In this document: positions 19,451 to 29,739 of the stretch, in pieces
How the letters are laid out: every line of letters starts with the position of its first letter
Position numbering within the stretch: position 1 is the stretch's first letter
Assembly (NCBI GenBank): GCA_040756235.1
Contig: JBFLZG010000087.1
Span: 32,001-96,000 of the forward strand
DNA length: 64,000 bases
Direction of reading: 5' to 3'
DNA from: a bacterium
GTDB lineage: Bacteria > Desulfobacterota > DSWW01
The notes under the pieces: model-generated
Database searches by the model: none
Told to the model about the DNA's origin: nothing
Seen by the model: only the letters and a program-made list of their open reading frames with translations
Program-made: the position numbers and the translations under genes

Positions 19451-21775
19451 TTATCGCCAGCAGTCGCCGAGCAGGGAAGCGCCCTGCAGGACGCCCGCCA
19501 GCCGCCGTTCGACGCGCGCGGCGGCCAGCCGCCGGAGGGATCCGGCCGCCAACCCGCTTCTCCGGCGGAGGTGGTGTCTCAGGTGCCAGGGCAATCTCGC
19601 CTGCATGATGCCGTCGAGCATGCCCGTCGAGAAACCGTGGAAGGGCTCTCCTTGTTCCAGATACCCGGAAAGAAAGTGCGACATCAGCTCGGACAACGGT
19701 TTCGTCCGCACCAGCAGGGAGCCGCATTCGACCAGGATGCTCAGCAGGAAGGTGGCCGGATCCCGGTACGGATTGCCCGCCGGGGCGAACAGCTGGAAAT
19801 CGATCAGGACCAGCCTTCCTGCACCCTGCTCGAGCAGAATGTTGTGGGGGCGGAAATCCCAGTGAACCGGCAGGCGCACCTGCCGAGGCGGAGCGGGGGT
19901 CGTGTCCTCGAGCCTCTTCAGGTGTTCCAGGTATGCGGCATGGATCTTCTCCGAGACACCCAGGCGAACCAGGTCCTGGATCGCCTGTCTCGCGCTGGAG
20001 AAGATCTCGCCGTATACGTCTTCACCGGCGGATCTTTCGTGGCTGCCTTCGACGCCCTTCTGGAATCGCTTCAGCAACCTGCCGGCCATCCTGAACCGAT
20101 CGAGCAGGTCCCGTGACAAGCTCCGGAATCCCGTTCGCCCCAACTCCCGGGCGGTGGCCTCCAGGAGGCTCGTGCCGCGTACGAACTCCATCAGGATCGA
20201 GCGATCGCTCGCGAGCACGGCGACGGCCCCGGGAGCATGGAAATGCTCCGACCCTGCAAACACGGCGTGGGCATACCCCAACCCGCGGTATTCGTTTTCC
20301 AGGCACTTCCTCAGGAACGCGTCGTCCCCGGCTTCCCTCTTGTAGCGTTTCAGATAGAGCTGCCGGGCCCGACCGCCGGCCTCATGGGTGAGCACGAATC
20401 CGTCGGAGGTCCACCCCGTGCCGGTGCCCGGTTCCACCGCCAGCTTCGTGGCCGCCTCGTCCGCTCTCGTTCCGTTGATGGCCTCGGCAATCCTCTTCAG
20501 CAAGGGGGCTTCGAGCGCCCCCACACCCCCCGGTGCAATCCCCAGCACCTGTTCGTAGATCTCCATGATGTCCCGCACCTGGCGTTCCGGACTGAACTTC
20601 TCCAGGACCGTCTTCCTGCCATTCAGCGCAATCCGCTTTGCCTTTTCCTCGTCCTCCAGCAGAAGGCGGATCGCTCTCGACAGCTCCTCATGACTTCCCG
20701 GGGAAACCAGGATCCCGTTCTCTTGATCTTGGATGATCTCACAGGGTCCGCCGATATGGGTCGCAATCACCGGTTTTTCCAGCGCCATTCCCTCCAGGAT
20801 GACCCGGCCGAAGGGCTCGGGCTCGATGGAGGAATGTACCAGGACGTCCATGGCACGGATGCAGGAAGCCACGTCCTTCCGATACCCTGCGAAGGTGACG
20901 TGCCGCTCGAGCCCGTGCTCTTCGATAAAGCTCTTCAGCTCTTCCAGGTAGACCCGGTCTCTCTGCTCCGCGGACGGCTCCCCGACCACCAGGCAGAGAA
21001 TATCGGGAAAGTCCTGGCGCAGGGAATGGATGGCCCGGACCACCGTTCCCTGTCCCTTCCAGCGACGAATATTGCCCACCACGCCGACCACCGGCCAGCG
21101 TCCCTGGATGCCGAATTCGCGCCGAACCGGGTCCGCACAGGCCTTGGAGAGGAACGCCCGGGTGTCCACGGCGTTGTAGACGACGCAACTTCTCTTGCCC
21201 GTAAGACGCCTTTGCTCGAGAAACCTCTGGACCGCTGCCGACACGCAGATGACCGCATCCAGGCAGTTGACGTAAAGGTAGGTCGCTCTGGGCACGGGAC
21301 TGTCGGCGATGCCTCTCTGATGAGAGACGCACCGGATCCCCGCCCATCTCGCTGCCAGCATCCACTCATGGTTGACCCAGACCGCGTTGTTCAGGTGGAC
21401 CAGGTCGATCTTCCGTTTCTTGATCAGCCGGTAATAGCGGACCGTGGGCACGGCCCGCAATCGGATGAGGTTCGAGGCCATCGTGAGCACCCTGGCCGGA
21501 ACCTTCGCGAGAGCCCGAGGCGGCCGGCCGTCTGCCGCACGCTCCAACCGTTTTCCGGGGACGTATCGACGCGGAGGCGGCAGCACGATCACCTCGTGAC
21601 AGACCGTGCGGAAATCCTCCAGCAGCCGGTGGTCGTTGTAGAAGAGCGCATACGGCGTGAACCGCCGCCGGTCGAGCCCTCGAATCATGGTGTAGAGGCT
21701 GAAGTACGATCCGCCGACCGTACCGTCCTGGTTCTCCTCCACGTACAGCACGTTGTAACGCCTGGGCTGCTCCAT
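19451..21775 (-). CDS. GT4 glycosyltransferase fused to a C-terminal APH/choline-kinase-like phosphotransferase domain
   Basis: N-terminal half has PEPFGRVILEGM (GT4). C-terminal half has LYLKRY, ILMEFV, HWDFRPHNILL and LIDF kinase motifs. Single continuous ORF; start 21775 or TTG 21796. Confidence 0.85.
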   Translation of the reverse strand: MEQPRRYNVLYVEENQDGTVGGSYFSLYTMIRGLDRRRFTPYALFYNDHRLLEDFRTVCHEVIVLPPPRRYVPGKRLERAADGRPPRALAKVPARVLTMASNLIRLRAVPTVRYYRLIKKRKIDLVHLNNAVWVNHEWMLAARWAGIRCVSHQRGIADSPVPRATYLYVNCLDAVICVSAAVQRFLEQRRLTGKRSCVVYNAVDTRAFLSKACADPVRREFGIQGRWPVVGVVGNIRRWKGQGTVVRAIHSLRQDFPDILCLVVGEPSAEQRDRVYLEELKSFIEEHGLERHVTFAGYRKDVASCIRAMDVLVHSSIEPEPFGRVILEGMALEKPVIATHIGGPCEIIQDQENGILVSPGSHEELSRAIRLLLEDEEKAKRIALNGRKTVLEKFSPERQVRDIMEIYEQVLGIAPGGVGALEAPLLKRIAEAINGTRADEAATKLAVEPGTGTGWTSDGFVLTHEAGGRARQLYLKRYKREAGDDAFLRKCLENEYRGLGYAHAVFAGSEHFHAPGAVAVLASDRSILMEFVRGTSLLEATARELGRTGFRSLSRDLLDRFRMAGRLLKRFQKGVEGSHERSAGEDVYGEIFSSARQAIQDLVRLGVSEKIHAAYLEHLKRLEDTTPAPPRQVRLPVHWDFRPHNILLEQGAGRLVLIDFQLFAPAGNPYRDPATFLLSILVECGSLLVRTKPLSELMSHFLSGYLEQGEPFHGFSTGMLDGIMQARLPWHLRHHLRRRSGLAAGSLRRLAAARVERRLAGVLQGASLLGDCWR

Positions 21776-21792
21776 GCGCTCCACGTCCGGTC

Positions 21793-22485
21793 TCAACGGA
21801 TTCGTTTGATCACGACCGCAGGGTTTCCGCCCACCAGGGTCTCTTCCGGAACGCTCTTGGTCACCACCGAACCCGCGGCCACCACCGACCCCCTGCCGAT
21901 CCTCACCCCCTTCAGGATGATCGAATTCATTCCGATCCAGGCATCGTCTTCGATCTGCACGGGCGCCACGTCCTCGATGGTCTGTCTTCTGTCCTGGTAA
22001 TGGATGCTGTGGCTGTTGTTGTCAAAAATCTTCACTTCTTCCGCAATGCGGCAGCGATTGCCGATCTCCACCCTGCATTCCACGCTGATCACGACGCGGT
22101 AGTTGATGCTCGTATGGCTGCCGATGATGAGCTCCGGCCTCTGGAACAGGTTCTTCTGCAGGATCCACGCCTGCCGATTGCCCAGAAAGACGTGGTCGCC
22201 GATACGGATCCTCCCGCTGCCGATGATGAGCGGGATGTCCCCGTCCGTGCGGACGTTTCGCCCGACTTCTTCCGCGGCCGAGCGGAGCAGTTGCTCGTAG
22301 TAAAACTTGTTCGACAGAAATGCGACCGCCTCCTTGCGCAGGGAACGCTCGAGGTACAGGAGCCCGGCCAGGGAAGGGAAGTGGGGCAGATCCAGGCCCC
22401 TGGCTTTCTTTGCCGCACGGTAAACGACCTTGTGGAAGATCGATCTTCGTTCCCGAACATCCTCCAGAAAGCGACCCAGGTCCAT
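21793..22485 (-). CDS. Hexapeptide-repeat (LbH) O-acyltransferase
   Basis: PVQIEDDAWIGMNSIILKGVRIGRGSVVAAGSVVTKSVP...GGNPA. Confidence 0.9.
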   Translation of the reverse strand: MDLGRFLEDVRERRSIFHKVVYRAAKKARGLDLPHFPSLAGLLYLERSLRKEAVAFLSNKFYYEQLLRSAAEEVGRNVRTDGDIPLIIGSGRIRIGDHVFLGNRQAWILQKNLFQRPELIIGSHTSINYRVVISVECRVEIGNRCRIAEEVKIFDNNSHSIHYQDRRQTIEDVAPVQIEDDAWIGMNSIILKGVRIGRGSVVAAGSVVTKSVPEETLVGGNPAVVIKRIR

Positions 22486-22527
22486 GTTCACCCACCTTCT
22501 GCAGCGCAATTCGCCAGGCCAGGGACC

Positions 22528-23640
22528 TCACCGACGACCGAGGCGCCGGGCAAACATCGGTATCGAGCTGGTCATGTCGTTATGGATGCCGACGCGGTTC
22601 ACTGCATAGCGGTGCGTCATCGGTTTTTCGACGTATCCCCTCCGCGTCGTCAGCGCGGCCCGAAACCCCGATGCGCACACCTGCCGGGCAACCCTTTCGT
22701 CGAACTCTCCGTTCGGATAGGCGAACACCGGGATGAAATTCCTCTCCCGGTTTTCCTGCATCAGCCGGAACGAGCGGTCGATCTCCTCCCGCAGCCTCTC
22801 CGGCGTCAGGCCCGGCAGAATGGAGTGGCTGGCCGAGTGGGATCCGAAACAGATCTTCGCGCGCGCCATCTCGCCGATTTCTTCCCAATTCAACAGGGCC
22901 CTTTCCGCCGATGCGGGCAGGCCCAGCAGGCGCTCCATGCGCCCGATCAGCTGCTCGCCGGTTTCCGGGGGCAGTTTCTTGAACTCGCCGATCACCCGGT
23001 CCGCGGTCAGCACCGGGTCTCGATCCCATCCCGAAAACCATCCGCGCAGTCGCGCCGGCTCAATGCCCTCCGCCCGGAACAGCTCGCCCAATGATTCAAG
23101 AAGCGGTTGCCGCCGGTCCAGCCGTCGCAGACGGCCCAGAGCGCCGGACAGACGATCGAACCAGAAGCGGCGGTCCGTTCCGAGATAGTCGCCGACGAGG
23201 AAGATGGTGGCCGGAGCTCCGTACGCGCGCAATGTCGGAAAGGCATAGAGGTAGTTGTCGCGCCAGCCGTCATCAAAGGTGATCGTGCAATACTTCTTGG
23301 TCGGATCCAGATCGCCTTGGCTGCACCTTTCCAGCAACGCTTCCAGGCCCAGGGTTTCGAAGCTCTCGGCCAGATAGCTCACCTGGGTCCGGAACACGCC
23401 GTCGTCTACGTACATCCCCGGCTGTACATTCAGGCTCTCCGCAACGGCGCTGGGCAGGACACGATGGTACATCAGGATGACCGCCTGCCCTCTCGGGGAG
23501 GACTCGTAGACGCCGGACAGATACGCGCAGCGCGCGAACGCACGCCTGAGCTTCAAGCTCCAATCCAACCGGGCTCCTCCTCGTTGCGGTGCGGCAGCGC
23601 GCGGGACGCGCGCGGCATGCGCAGACGTCCCGTCGGGCAC
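22528..23640 (-). CDS. Polysaccharide deacetylase (CE4)
   Basis: ILMYHRV, ITFDDGW, GSHSASH and FAYPNG motifs; start uncertain. Confidence 0.9.
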   Translation of the reverse strand: MPDGTSAHAARVPRAAAPQRGGARLDWSLKLRRAFARCAYLSGVYESSPRGQAVILMYHRVLPSAVAESLNVQPGMYVDDGVFRTQVSYLAESFETLGLEALLERCSQGDLDPTKKYCTITFDDGWRDNYLYAFPTLRAYGAPATIFLVGDYLGTDRRFWFDRLSGALGRLRRLDRRQPLLESLGELFRAEGIEPARLRGWFSGWDRDPVLTADRVIGEFKKLPPETGEQLIGRMERLLGLPASAERALLNWEEIGEMARAKICFGSHSASHSILPGLTPERLREEIDRSFRLMQENRERNFIPVFAYPNGEFDERVARQVCASGFRAALTTRRGYVEKPMTHRYAVNRVGIHNDMTSSIPMFARRLGRR

Positions 23641-23643
23641 GGC

Positions 23644-24666
23644 TCAGATGTTCCTGTCCCCGGCCAGGAATGACAGCCTGCGCCCGACAGACTCCTCGTC
23701 TCCCAGATGGAACAGCCGCATCTCATAGCGAGCGTCCACGAACAGGTACCATTTCAGCGCCGGCAGCAGCGGATGGTCCTCGAACACGGTCGTGTAGATC
23801 GCGAAGCAGCCGCTGTCCCGGGCCAGCCTCACCAACGCCTTCATCAACGCGCCGAAGCAACGAGAGTCGTCAGCCACGTAGTCGTAGATCTCGAGTCTTC
23901 GGTCGGTGATCTTGTACACCAGGTAGCCCGACAGCCCGCCGCAGCCTCCTTCCCTGCACGTCAACAAGCTGAAGTCAAACAGCGGGTTGTCCAGGTAGCG
24001 CCAGCGGAGATACGCGGAGCTGTGGTCGCCGACGGCTCCTTCCTGTGAGGCCCTCACCCGGTCCCACAGGCGGTCGAATTCCTCGCTCACCTCGGACACG
24101 CTTTCCAGAGCGTACCGGCCGAAAGCATAAGTCTCTCTTGCCACCCTGCGCAGCGCCGCATCGACGACGGTTCCGGCGGCTTTCGCCAGAACCGGTCCGA
24201 GGGCTGTGTGCAGGTAGTGTCCGACCGCTACCGGCTTGACGAGATACTTCATCTGTCCGAGGTCCCGAAAACCCACCCGTTCCACGATCTTCCTGGTTTG
24301 GGCGTTCGGCAGGGTATAGAGCCAGGCGAAGCCGAGATCGCGGAAGGAGTCGACCGCCGCCTTGGGGAGCAGCCACGTCGGCCCGAAGACCCGATAGGGC
24401 TTGTCGACCACAAAGTCGCCCAATATGCCGGTGCGCACGCGGCGCCCCCGCACCCACACTTCCCTCGGCAAGATGGAAATCATCCCACCGATCTCCCGGC
24501 TGTCTTCGGCAAGCGCGGCCAACCAGACGGTCTCCCCGGCGGGGTTGCCGCGCTTCAGCCAATCGTAACGACCGGGAGGGGACCCGATCATGTTGTCCTG
24601 CCACAGGTGCAGGATCTTCTCTTTGAAAGGTTCCGGGTCCACCCGCTCGACCCTGAATTTCTTCAT
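23644..24666 (-). CDS. Tandem GNAT-fold acyltransferase
   Basis: GDFVVDKPYR, YTLPN and YLRWRY..NP motifs typical of EPS-locus GNAT proteins; RBS AAGGGTGG before ATG 24666. Confidence 0.75.
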   Translation of the reverse strand: MKKFRVERVDPEPFKEKILHLWQDNMIGSPPGRYDWLKRGNPAGETVWLAALAEDSREIGGMISILPREVWVRGRRVRTGILGDFVVDKPYRVFGPTWLLPKAAVDSFRDLGFAWLYTLPNAQTRKIVERVGFRDLGQMKYLVKPVAVGHYLHTALGPVLAKAAGTVVDAALRRVARETYAFGRYALESVSEVSEEFDRLWDRVRASQEGAVGDHSSAYLRWRYLDNPLFDFSLLTCREGGCGGLSGYLVYKITDRRLEIYDYVADDSRCFGALMKALVRLARDSGCFAIYTTVFEDHPLLPALKWYLFVDARYEMRLFHLGDEESVGRRLSFLAGDRNI

Positions 24667-24713
24667 CTCATGCCCACCCTTCGCGGAGCCTCGCGACGGC
24701 ACGCCGTTCGCCG

Positions 24714-25367
24714 TCAGAGCGTGTTCTGCACGTAATCGGTATGCGTGTACGGCGGCAGCAGCGGATGAATCGTACGGAGAAAATCCAGCATCATCCGGAG
24801 CGTCTGCTCCTCATCCTCGACGACCGGAGCCATCACCCGGACAAAGGAGGCGCTGCTTCGCTTCAGGAGAAGTCTCCTGGACAGCACCTTGAGCCGAATG
24901 ATCGTCTGGCTGGTCGTCAGATATCCGTCCACATCGAAGAAGTAGAGGGCGATGGACTTGGCGCCGCTCTTCTCGACCCGGAGCCTGCCGATCCTCCAGC
25001 TGCGGCGATCGCCCAGTCCGACGGAGAGCGTGGTCTTCTCCTTCACCTCATGGCCGACTCCGCCCAGGCATGCTTCCGGAGCGTGGAATGAGATGTTCTT
25101 GTCATCGAACCAGACGATCGACAGGTTCAGGGGCATGGAATAGCGAGGCGACTCGTAGTTGCGGAGAAAGACATAAGGGGTGTCGATCGATTCGTACACC
25201 CGGTCGTGCATCGGAAGGTCGATTCCCTTCCAGTCGCCGACGGTCAGGGGAAATTCGAAGAACCTGGGGTTTCTGACCCCCTCGCTCATGCTCACCGAGT
25301 AGACCAGAGCGGCGGCGACCGCGGTGACCAGGACGATGGCCAGCGGGCTCGGCGGATTACGCTTCAT
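24714..25367 (-). CDS. epsI: EpsI family exosortase-associated protein
   Basis: N-terminal TM, FPLTVGDWKG, HAPEACL.G.G and ASFVRV motifs; directly after the exosortase. Confidence 0.85.
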   Translation of the reverse strand: MKRNPPSPLAIVLVTAVAAALVYSVSMSEGVRNPRFFEFPLTVGDWKGIDLPMHDRVYESIDTPYVFLRNYESPRYSMPLNLSIVWFDDKNISFHAPEACLGGVGHEVKEKTTLSVGLGDRRSWRIGRLRVEKSGAKSIALYFFDVDGYLTTSQTIIRLKVLSRRLLLKRSSASFVRVMAPVVEDEEQTLRMMLDFLRTIHPLLPPYTHTDYVQNTL

Positions 25368-26256
25368 GGATCCGCCTCAAGAACAGACCCATGATGGCCA
25401 GCCCCACCAGGAAGACCGCCATGCCGCTCGCGTCATGCAGATAGCTCTCGGTGGAGGCCGCCTGGGCGCCGAACCGGTAAGCGATCAACAGCAGCACGGC
25501 GATACGGACACCGTTCAGGAAGACGGCCATCGGAGGGATGAATGCCAGAAAAAGACCTTTCTTCCAGGAGGCGGTATCGGCGCAGTACAGGAACAGCAAA
25601 CCGAGGGCCAGAAACGATATCAAGGAACGCAGGCCGTTGCAGGGGGTGCCGACGACGAAGGATGAATGGGCGAAATGAATGATGAACCCGTCGCGCAAAT
25701 GGGGTACGCCCATCCGGTCGATGATGACCGTTGCGATCCCGGTGGCCGTGGACTTGAGCGGGATGGCCACCACGTCGATGATCGCCGTCGGCAGCGGGCA
25801 CATGAAACAGAGGAAGAGCAGGGGAAAGCGTATGGCGCGCGTGAATTCCCGGCCCAGCAGGAACAAAGAGATGCCGACCAGATAGAGCACGACCGAAAAA
25901 GCGGAGACAAAGTTCACGTCCCCGGTGACGCCCAGCACGTGGATGAGCAGGGCCCCGACGATGACCCACAGCCCTGACCTGCTGCTCGATCTCTCGATCT
26001 TCTCCAGCTCCGCCCTCTTGCGATAGATCAGATAGCCGGTGATGAAGGGGATCAGGTATCCGTGGGAGTAATAGGAGTCCTGCAGCCCGTATTTTTCGTT
26101 CAGCCAGATCAGGGTCGGAAGGTAGCAGAAGACAAAGGCCGCGATCAGGAGGAACCAGAGAAGAAACCTCTGGGCACCCGACCGGACGATCCTCCGGGCC
26201 AAACCTGCCGTTGCCGGCATCCTCGCGGCTCCTTTCGGCGTCTCGCTGGCGTTCAT
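25357..26256 (-). CDS. Exosortase (EpsH family), subtype not assigned
   Basis: YSHGYLIP, catalytic triad motifs PCNGLRSL (Cys), NGVRI (Arg), YLHD (His); multi-pass membrane protein. Confidence 0.95.
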   Translation of the reverse strand: MNASETPKGAARMPATAGLARRIVRSGAQRFLLWFLLIAAFVFCYLPTLIWLNEKYGLQDSYYSHGYLIPFITGYLIYRKRAELEKIERSSSRSGLWVIVGALLIHVLGVTGDVNFVSAFSVVLYLVGISLFLLGREFTRAIRFPLLFLCFMCPLPTAIIDVVAIPLKSTATGIATVIIDRMGVPHLRDGFIIHFAHSSFVVGTPCNGLRSLISFLALGLLFLYCADTASWKKGLFLAFIPPMAVFLNGVRIAVLLLIAYRFGAQAASTESYLHDASGMAVFLVGLAIMGLFLRRIHEA

Positions 26257-26332
26257 TCCGTCCTCTGAGCAGGCGGGCGGCTGACGAGCCGTGGTGCTCT
26301 CGTCAGCGAAGGTGCTGAGCGGACTCCCGGGA

Positions 26333-27463
26333 CTAGCGTGTTGTCGGACTCCACATCACCACCCTCTCTCCCTTGAGGTACTTCCACCAGGCCGCGGCGA
26401 TCGAGGCGTTCACCGTCACGAAGTACACGGGGATCTTGATCCAGACATTCCTGGAGGACCCTTTCCTCCCCCATCCCCAGGCGGCCAGCGCGTAGAAGCC
26501 GATCTGCGCCATGAGAAGGAGCAGGAAAAGCCACCGGCCTGCAAGGAGCAGATTGGCCGCCAGAGCCGTGACCAGGAGGAAGGGCACCATCCAGCGCAAT
26601 AGCTTGTGGCAGAACAACTGGTAGGAAGCGAGGCCGTAACGGAAGACATTCAGGAATTCGAGATGGTGGAAGAACACCGTGAGCCCTCGGACCACGGTGC
26701 GGACCTTACGATCGAATTCCCGGGTCTCGTCCGAGACATCCCGATAGCTGCCAACCGCTTCCGGATCGCTGACTCCGCGCAACCCCAGTCGCAGGCTGTT
26801 GAGGACCGTCCGGAAGTCGCTCTGCATCTCTCCGGAAAAATCGCGGCAGACTTCTTTGCGGGCCGCGAAGAAGGAGCCGCTCAGACCGATCAGCGATCCG
26901 ATCTTCGCCTCCAGCCGCCGCAGCCACATTTCGTAGCGCACGTAGAGACCCTCGCCGCTCGGCCTGCCGTCCGGGCCGATCACGCGGTCTTCGCCGCTGA
27001 CGCAGCCAACGGACGGATCGGCGAAATTGGAGACGATCTGCTCCAGGCCATGCGGCTCGAGTCGCGTTGCTACGTCGGTGAAGACGAGGATTTCGCCTCG
27101 GGCCTGCCGCATGGCGGCCCGCTGTGCATGCTCCTTGCCCATCCGCTCCTGCAAAGCAAGCAGCTCGACCCCGCGCGCTGCGAAACTGCGCACCGTCTCG
27201 TTCGTGGAATCGGTGGATCCGTCCGAGGCCACCAGGATCTGCAGCCGGTCTTTCGGATAGACCAGGCCGAGACAGTTCTCGAGCTTGTCCCCGATTCTTC
27301 CGCTCTCGTTGAACACGGTGACCATCAGGGTCACGGACGGGTGGATGGGTGCCTTCTTCACTCCGCGCGCGATGAAGATCCCCAGCAGCCACAGGGAACA
27401 GGGGTACCCCAGATAGGCATAGGCGACAAGCAGGAGGGACGCGACAAGAATGGCTGATGTCAT
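26333..27463 (-). CDS. GT2 glycosyltransferase
   Basis: AYAYLGYP, VASDGSTD, FTDV, SDF and HKLLRW motifs. Confidence 0.9.
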   Translation of the reverse strand: MTSAILVASLLLVAYAYLGYPCSLWLLGIFIARGVKKAPIHPSVTLMVTVFNESGRIGDKLENCLGLVYPKDRLQILVASDGSTDSTNETVRSFAARGVELLALQERMGKEHAQRAAMRQARGEILVFTDVATRLEPHGLEQIVSNFADPSVGCVSGEDRVIGPDGRPSGEGLYVRYEMWLRRLEAKIGSLIGLSGSFFAARKEVCRDFSGEMQSDFRTVLNSLRLGLRGVSDPEAVGSYRDVSDETREFDRKVRTVVRGLTVFFHHLEFLNVFRYGLASYQLFCHKLLRWMVPFLLVTALAANLLLAGRWLFLLLLMAQIGFYALAAWGWGRKGSSRNVWIKIPVYFVTVNASIAAAWWKYLKGERVVMWSPTTR

Positions 27464-27473
27464 CGGTCCGTGA

Positions 27474-28379
27474 TCACCTTCGTTCGGGAGCCTGCGGCAA
27501 CTCGGACGGAGCCGATCCGTCGTTGCCTCTGATGCCGGCCAGAAGGACGAGCAACTGCTCGGCCGCGTGCACCTGACCCTGCTCGTTCAAATGTCCGCCA
27601 TCACGGGAATACTCACGGGCAAGGGAAGAGACCTCCTCCCCCCGGTATGCGCAGCCGGCCCGTCTTCCGTCCGGGCTTTGCGATTCGATCAGAGCCAGAT
27701 CGAAGATCGGATCCTTGCCGGCGTACTCCTTCACCAGGAGCCGGTTGTATCGGCATCGGCTCAGGTTGTCTTCAGCGCGTTCGTCGGTCCTGCCCAGCCA
27801 GGTCTTGATGCGCCTCTTGACCCTGCTTGCGAACGACTGCGGACAGGTCATCAGAGGGACCGTGACGTGTACGAACTGCACACGGGGGAAGCGGGCCTTG
27901 AGAGATTCCAGATGGCTGCGGTAAGCCTCGAACAGCGCCTCGACATCGGTTCCACGCTTGACGTCGACAAAGCAGAATTTGAAGAATGCCACATCCACCT
28001 TGTCACCGGCCCCGCCCTCCAGGACCGTGCGGAAGGCGTGGATCTTGGACACGGGGTCTCGGTTCTGCCCGACCCTGGCGTGCGCCCAGACCGGCTCGCC
28101 AAAAGTCTGAGGCGCATCGCTCTCGACCACGTTCAAGCGCAGGTCGCCGCGCCGGTTCAATATGCTGGCAACCCCTTCCATGAGGTCGTACCCCACCGAC
28201 TGGTGGCCGAAGAAAATCCTGCTGTTCGAGAGGCGGTCCAGGTCCGCTCGGGAGACACTCTCCAGGGATTGCATCTGTCTGCCTCCTGCTCCGGGCCGGT
28301 CGCTGTTCGAACCGCAGCCCAGGCACAGGCAGGTCAGCAGCGTGCACCAAGCCGCGGCGTGAGTGGTCCAGGTGGACAA
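27474..28379 (-). CDS. Hypothetical lipoprotein, possible SGNH-hydrolase-like fold
   Basis: Lipobox-like CLGC; FFGHQSVG near the N-terminus and DGGHLN near the C-terminus; TTG start. Confidence 0.6.
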   Translation of the reverse strand: MSTWTTHAAAWCTLLTCLCLGCGSNSDRPGAGGRQMQSLESVSRADLDRLSNSRIFFGHQSVGYDLMEGVASILNRRGDLRLNVVESDAPQTFGEPVWAHARVGQNRDPVSKIHAFRTVLEGGAGDKVDVAFFKFCFVDVKRGTDVEALFEAYRSHLESLKARFPRVQFVHVTVPLMTCPQSFASRVKRRIKTWLGRTDERAEDNLSRCRYNRLLVKEYAGKDPIFDLALIESQSPDGRRAGCAYRGEEVSSLAREYSRDGGHLNEQGQVHAAEQLLVLLAGIRGNDGSAPSELPQAPERR

Positions 28380-28438
28380 GCCCTTCTCCCTCGCGCAGAC
28401 GCCCCCCCGAAGGCGTCCGCCCGCCAGCGCCCCATGCG

Positions 28439-29641
28439 TCAGGGCGCGTTCGTAGCCAGGCGTGAGATCCAGTCTTCGATCTCCTGCATGTCTCGGCCGG
28501 AAAGCAGCGGGTGGACCGGAAGCGTGAACAGGCGTTCGGCAACTTCCCTGGCGCCTGGGAAGCGGTCCGTCCGATCGGTGAAGTCGAGCTCTCGGATGCT
28601 GTCCACAGTTCCGGGGTAGGCAGGCGCGATGCCCAGCACCGCTCCGGTGCCGCCTCCCACGGCCGCTTCACGTCGATCCCGGGTCGGAGCCAGGACCGGA
28701 AATCGAATCAGGTTCTCCGGCACCTCCGCAACGATCGGCTTGAAGGCCGCCCCGTCCACCGCGGCCATCCAACGCCGGGCGTTCTCGCCACGCCTGCTGC
28801 GCAGACGCTCCAGCCTTCTCTGCCATCCTCTCGTCATGCCGGCCTGAAAAGAAGAGAGTCGTCGGATCGGGAAGCCTGGATCGTAGATCGTCTCTCCCAG
28901 CTTGAGAAACGGAAGCATCCGGGGGAACCAGAAGAGCCGGGGGTGAATGAACAGGGCCAAGGCGAAAGCGTACAGGATGAGCTTGAGTCCATCAAGAAGG
29001 CGGTCGCGCGGCAGGGCGCGAACGTGCGCCTCGACTCTTTCGGCGATATCGTCCCGGTCGGTCAGGACGATGCCGCCTCCGACCGCACACAGCGCTTTCC
29101 CCCTGCCCAGGCTGAAGAATCCCACGTCCCCGACAGCCCCGGCCTGGCTCCGTCCATGATGCGCTCCCATGGCCTGGGCGGCATCCTCCACGACGAAGGC
29201 CTCGCATGCGCCGGCCAGCTCACGAGCCCGGCCGACGTCTGCCGACAGCCCGAACAGGTGGGTCGGGACCACGGCCAAGATCCGGGCGCCGGCCTCCCGG
29301 CCAAGGATCCGGGCGAGCTGGGCGCGATCGAAATCCAGCGTCGCGGGATCGATATCGCACAAGCTCACCTTCAGTCCCGCCCGGCGGATGGCGGACGGAA
29401 CGGAGTAGCAGGTGAAGGCGGGGATGAGCACCTGATCTCTTGCGGGGCGGAGGTCGTGCAAAGCTTCGAGGATGACGGCGAGCCCCGCCTTCCCGGAGGA
29501 CAACAGGAAACAGTGACGGACATCGAAGTAGGCCCCGAGCTCGGATGCGAACCTTTCCCGTTCCTCGGACCCTCGCAGGCAGCCGAAGATGCCCGCCAAG
29601 ATCTCTCTTGTTCCGAAAGGTGCGGCTGCCGGCGGCAGCAT
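28439..29641 (-). CDS. DegT/DnrJ/EryC1/StrS family PLP-dependent sugar aminotransferase
   Basis: IPAFTC, VPTHLFG, VVEDAAQAMG, SLGRGK (PLP lysine) and TLPVHP motifs; start uncertain by several codons. Confidence 0.85.
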   Translation of the reverse strand: MLPPAAAPFGTREILAGIFGCLRGSEERERFASELGAYFDVRHCFLLSSGKAGLAVILEALHDLRPARDQVLIPAFTCYSVPSAIRRAGLKVSLCDIDPATLDFDRAQLARILGREAGARILAVVPTHLFGLSADVGRARELAGACEAFVVEDAAQAMGAHHGRSQAGAVGDVGFFSLGRGKALCAVGGGIVLTDRDDIAERVEAHVRALPRDRLLDGLKLILYAFALALFIHPRLFWFPRMLPFLKLGETIYDPGFPIRRLSSFQAGMTRGWQRRLERLRSRRGENARRWMAAVDGAAFKPIVAEVPENLIRFPVLAPTRDRREAAVGGGTGAVLGIAPAYPGTVDSIRELDFTDRTDRFPGAREVAERLFTLPVHPLLSGRDMQEIEDWISRLATNAP

Positions 29642-29739
29642 TCTCCGGACTCGCAGCGGCAACAAGGCAGTCTCGATGTCCCCGCGGCGCGAACGGCTCG
29701 GCAGACGGACGGAGCGTTCGGCGCCGTGCTCTGTCGGCC

